The translations under genes and the position numbers were made by a program. A stretch of 64,000 nt of DNA, from assembly GCA_051861445.1 (NCBI GenBank), contig JBHYCS010000021.1, positions 5,381 to 69,380 on the forward strand, read 5' to 3'. This DNA comes from Chitinophagaceae bacterium (GTDB taxonomy: Bacteria; Bacteroidota; Bacteroidia; Chitinophagales; Chitinophagaceae). Positions 60,664 to 64,000 of the stretch are shown here, one piece after another. Numbering within the stretch: position 1 is the first letter of the stretch; each line of letters starts with the position of its first letter. The notes beneath the pieces are model-generated. The model saw only the letters and a list, made by a program, of their open reading frames with translations. It was not told the DNA's origin and searched no databases.

Positions 60664-61380
60664 TTACCCGTTTACAGAAATATACCGTACTAAACATCTT
60701 TTAGCAATCGGTAATAAAGTTTCTTCTAATGGAAAACTTAAATCAGTTTCTACTGCATACACAGCAGGATTGGGTAAGCTGCTTCTATTCTTTATTAATT
60801 CAGCCTTAATATTGGTATATGTATTTACATAGTTACGTTGCCAAACGTTGATAAAATCTGTTTTCATGGCTCTATATTTAGCATCATGTTTTTCAAAAAA
60901 ACTCAATCTATATTGATACACCCATGTATTATTTGCTTTCCCTTCACACAAAAAGAAATACCCTTCTTGATGGTCTAAAGGCATTATTCCTACAGGTATA
61001 ATATTCAATTTTTCTTCTACAAATTCATAAATTTCAGTTCCTTCATGAATTGTATTTTTCATTTTTTTAGTAGCATATTCAATAATATCTTCCAATTCTC
61101 TCATCAAATCATCGTCTTCAATCATGCTTTCATACAATAGTTGTAGTTGTTCTATTTGAATGCCAGTAAGCTTTTTAGGAAATTGTTCTTGTAAATATTT
61201 TTTGTTTTCTCTAAATGCTACCAAATTGTTGTAGTGAAAAATAACATCTGCCAGTTGAGGATACAATTTATTGGCATTAAAACATTTTCCAATTTCTTGT
61301 AAATAGGCCAATAGTGTATATTTTTTCAATTCAAAATCAATATATCCATCAGCAAACCATGTTTGAGACAATGTTTTCAT
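60664..61380 (-). CDS. Conserved-looking hypothetical cytoplasmic protein
   Basis: 238-aa ORF with normal composition, IDFELKKYTLLAYLQ and FPLEETLLPIAKR blocks; no family recognised. Confidence 0.75.
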   Translation of the reverse strand: MKTLSQTWFADGYIDFELKKYTLLAYLQEIGKCFNANKLYPQLADVIFHYNNLVAFRENKKYLQEQFPKKLTGIQIEQLQLLYESMIEDDDLMRELEDIIEYATKKMKNTIHEGTEIYEFVEEKLNIIPVGIMPLDHQEGYFFLCEGKANNTWVYQYRLSFFEKHDAKYRAMKTDFINVWQRNYVNTYTNIKAELIKNRSSLPNPAVYAVETDLSFPLEETLLPIAKRCLVRYISVNG

Positions 61381-61480
61381 AAGAACGTATTATAATTGAT
61401 GAAAAATAAAAAAAACTACATGTAGATTTTTACGATTCTAATTTAAGAAATGAAGTAGATTTTTCAAAAAAAATATCCTA

Positions 61481-61488
61481 TAGATTTG
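61481..61488 (+). promoter_or_regulatory. -7 box for the DUF4258 gene
   Basis: TAGATTTG. Confidence 0.4.
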
Positions 61489-61541
61489 TACTTGTTTCAC
61501 CTATTTTTATTATATATTAAATTGTCATTCATTTTTTCAGT

Positions 61542-61961
61542 ATGAAAATGAATAAAATTTTACCCTATGTTTTGCTTGTTATTTTGGCTGTTGGTGCATT
61601 TGTTTTTAAACAATGCAATGCCAAAGAAAAGCAACCCCATACAAGCCCAAAAACAAGTGTTGTTGCTCAACAACGTGGTTTAAATCGTAACCCTACACAA
61701 ATACTGTACAGCAAACATGCAAGATGTAGAATGAGTTGCCGTCAAGTGTCAGAATCTGAAGTGATAGACATTCTTAAAAACGGAACGATCAATTATAAAA
61801 AAAGCCAGCTACAAACGAATGAATGCAAAAAGAAATATGCAGTGGAAGGATTTAGTAAAGATGGTCAGCATTTACGAATCATTTTTGCTCCTTGTAACCA
61901 AAAAGTTACCGTTGTTACCTGTATTGATTTGGAAACAGATTGGTCTTGTGATTGTAAATAA
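61542..61961 (+). CDS. DUF4258-domain protein with N-terminal membrane anchor/signal
   Basis: YSKHARCRM..RQVSESEV..IL..G, LRIIF, VVTCID; hydrophobic N-terminus; 8 Cys. Confidence 0.7.
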   Translation: MKMNKILPYVLLVILAVGAFVFKQCNAKEKQPHTSPKTSVVAQQRGLNRNPTQILYSKHARCRMSCRQVSESEVIDILKNGTINYKKSQLQTNECKKKYAVEGFSKDGQHLRIIFAPCNQKVTVVTCIDLETDWSCDCK

Positions 61962-62201
61962 AATTGAATGAGATTTTTATTTAATTCGCCCAATCTTTGG
62001 TAATCAATCATTTATTCTGTTAATCAAAATATAATTTTTCTTCTTATATTCTTTAAAGTTGATTTATAATTACGGTTATTTTGGGTTTATGATGCTAAAT
62101 TCTGACTAATGCTGTTTGTGTAGCCTATTTAGTGAATGCATATATGATAAAATGGATGCGTAATTGCAAAAACTGCATTTCACTTTTTGCAATCAATAAA
62201 C

Positions 62202-62209
62202 TATGTTTG
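62202..62209 (+). promoter_or_regulatory. -7 box for the DUF2723 gene
   Basis: TATGTTTG followed by C, 24 nt before ATG 62234. Confidence 0.55.
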
Positions 62210-62233
62210 CCTACCTGTTTAAAAAATTAACGA

Positions 62234-64000
62234 ATGAATTTTACCAAGATTAACAACATCGTTGGTTGGGCCGTATGTTTAGTGGCTTGTACCGTTTATA
62301 TTTTAACTGCCGAAGCTGGCGGTAGTTTTTGGGATTGTGGCGAATTTGTAAGTAGTTGTTTTAAACTACAAATTCCGCATCCACCAGGAGCACCTCTATT
62401 TGTATTATTAGGTAGATTTTTTATTATTTTATTTGGTGATGATGGAAATACAGCGGCAAAAGCTGTTAACATCATGAGTGCTTTGTCTAGTGGCTTTACA
62501 ATTTTGTTTTTGTTTTGGAGTATTACGCACTTTGCTCGTAGAATTGTGAAAGTAGATGTAAATGCTTCTTTAAACGGATACGAAGTTTGGAGTATCATGG
62601 GTGCAGGTATTGTAGGTGCTTTGGCGTATACTTTTAGCGATAGCTTTTGGTACTCTGCTGTAGAGGGTGAGGTGTATGCCATGAGTTCTTTTTTTACAGC
62701 GATTGTATTTTGGGCTATTCTTAAGTGGGAACATGCAGCAGATAAACCTGGTGCTGATAAATGGATTGTGTTTATTTTCTTCTTAATGGGTTTATCTATT
62801 GGTGTTCACTTGCTGAATTTATTAACCATTCCTGCTATTGTAATGGTGTATTATTTCAAAAAGCAAGAACAGTTTAATTATACTTTAATTCGTAAATGGT
62901 TTATACGTTTACTAATTGCTGGTGGAATAATTGGGTTTATTGGTGCATTAATTGTTGGTTCTAGCGAATCAAATCCTGAAAGAGGTGTTCCTACCGATTC
63001 TACATTGGCAGGATTGGTAATTTTGGGAACATTGGCTGCTTTTGGTTTATTGTACTTTATCGAGGGATTGAATAAAGCTCGTAAATCGTATTACGGTGGC
63101 ATGTACATTTTCTTTTTAATTGGTTGTGTTGTTACTGGTGTTGTGCAAGTAGCTGTAATTCAATACAGTGTTGGATTAGCCGGCACTTTCGATCGTATTT
63201 TTGTTAACAGTTTCGGTTTGCCATTTTTCAGTGGTTTTGCATTTTTCTTTGTGTTATTAGCAGCCTTAATTTATTGGGGTTTGGGTTATGCTACCAAAAA
63301 AGGTTGGGCTTACTTGCGTTTATCTCTTTGGTGTGTAACGTTTATGTTAATAGGATACAGCACTTACATTACAACTATGATTCGTAGTAGTGCAGATCCA
63401 TCGGTTGATATGTATAATGTAGATAATCCAATGAGTTTAGTGGGTTATTTAGGTCGTGATCAATATGGAGATTTTCCTATTTTATATGGCCAAAAATTTA
63501 CTGCTCAACCAGTAGATTATAAAACAACAAAAGAGAAATTTCAAAAAGGTAAAGACAGTTACATTTCACTTGGAAAAGATGGAAAGTATGTTTACATGCC
63601 TGAAGATAAAATGGTATTTACCAGAGTTTGGGATGCTAGCAACGATCAAAACCATGCAGATTATTATGCGTATATGTTGGGGATTAATAAAACACAAGAT
63701 GGTAAATATGACAGAGAACCAACACAGGCAGACAATATTCGATTCTTTGTTCAATATCAAATTAACTGGATGTATATCCGTTATTTCATGTGGAATTTTA
63801 GCGGTAAACAGAACGATATTCAAGGAATGTTTGATGGGAATGTAAGAGACGGAAACTGGATAACTGGAATTGGCTTTATAGACAATCTTTTATACGGTGA
63901 CCAATCTGCTTTGCCAGATAGTTTAAAAAATAACAAAGCACACAACAAGTTGTATTTACTTCCTTTTATTTTAGGTGTAATTGGCTTGGTATATCATTTT
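62234..64000 (+). CDS. DUF2723 (TMEM260-like, GT-C fold) membrane glycosyltransferase, runs off the right edge
   Basis: Absent from the ORF track, translated by hand from ATG 62234: SFWDCGEF, LQIPHPPGAPLF, SDSFWYSAVEGEVYAMSS, LSIGVHLLNLL, IRSSADP, YFMWNF; many TM helices. Confidence 0.9.
   Translation, partial: MNFTKINNIVGWAVCLVACTVYILTAEAGGSFWDCGEFVSSCFKLQIPHPPGAPLFVLLGRFFIILFGDDGNTAAKAVNIMSALSSGFTILFLFWSITHFARRIVKVDVNASLNGYEVWSIMGAGIVGALAYTFSDSFWYSAVEGEVYAMSSFFTAIVFWAILKWEHAADKPGADKWIVFIFFLMGLSIGVHLLNLLTIPAIVMVYYFKKQEQFNYTLIRKWFIRLLIAGGIIGFIGALIVGSSESNPERGVPTDSTLAGLVILGTLAAFGLLYFIEGLNKARKSYYGGMYIFFLIGCVVTGVVQVAVIQYSVGLAGTFDRIFVNSFGLPFFSGFAFFFVLLAALIYWGLGYATKKGWAYLRLSLWCVTFMLIGYSTYITTMIRSSADPSVDMYNVDNPMSLVGYLGRDQYGDFPILYGQKFTAQPVDYKTTKEKFQKGKDSYISLGKDGKYVYMPEDKMVFTRVWDASNDQNHADYYAYMLGINKTQDGKYDREPTQADNIRFFVQYQINWMYIRYFMWNFSGKQNDIQGMFDGNVRDGNWITGIGFIDNLLYGDQSALPDSLKNNKAHNKLYLLPFILGVIGLVYHF

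Noticed and set aside
537-63845. Short ORF-track entries overlapping longer genes (e.g. 537-758, 4216-4413, 18724-19014, 47084-47593, 62296-62682, 63566-63845)
   Set aside because: They are antisense or alternate-frame shadows of well-supported genes and show no motifs
1-64000. CRISPR arrays, tRNA or rRNA genes, IS elements, riboswitches
   Set aside because: No regularly spaced repeats, T-loop or anticodon structures, transposase ORFs or riboswitch consensus seen by eye; an Rfam or tRNAscan run would be decisive

Overview
AT-rich core-chromosome window from a Bacteroidota genome, probably Chitinophagaceae-like (inferred from gene content and many TAnnTTTG -7 promoter boxes). It holds about 45 CDSs: a partial uvrA, an ECF sigma factor, ppk1-ppx-panB, a LytS/LytTR pair, holA, a maltodextrin/glucose/glycogen cluster (GH13, MFS, glgC, glgA, MFS, ROK, glgB), a beta-barrel plus GLPGLI pair, coaE, an L-arabinose operon (araB-araD-galM-GH127-araA), DUF3667-mazG-giant histidine kinase, uxuA, manA, yraN, a frameshifted acyltransferase, xerD, smpB, accD, GH20, bioA, GH51 and a partial DUF2723 gene. 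I saw no tRNA, rRNA, CRISPR array, IS element, prophage or recognisable defence system, and I cannot claim a clear-cut new system. The best leads are regulatory or unresolved. They are a GTGT-N7-ACAC palindrome shared by the arabinose and maltodextrin promoters, a LacI-type operator at uxuA, several -7 boxes exactly 5 nt before an ATG (candidate leaderless mRNAs), a 1-nt frameshift in the acyltransferase, the uncharacterised barrel/GLPGLI module, an exported Cys-rich DUF4258 protein and a TMEM260-like glycosyltransferase. All family assignments come from motif recognition by eye; no searches were run.
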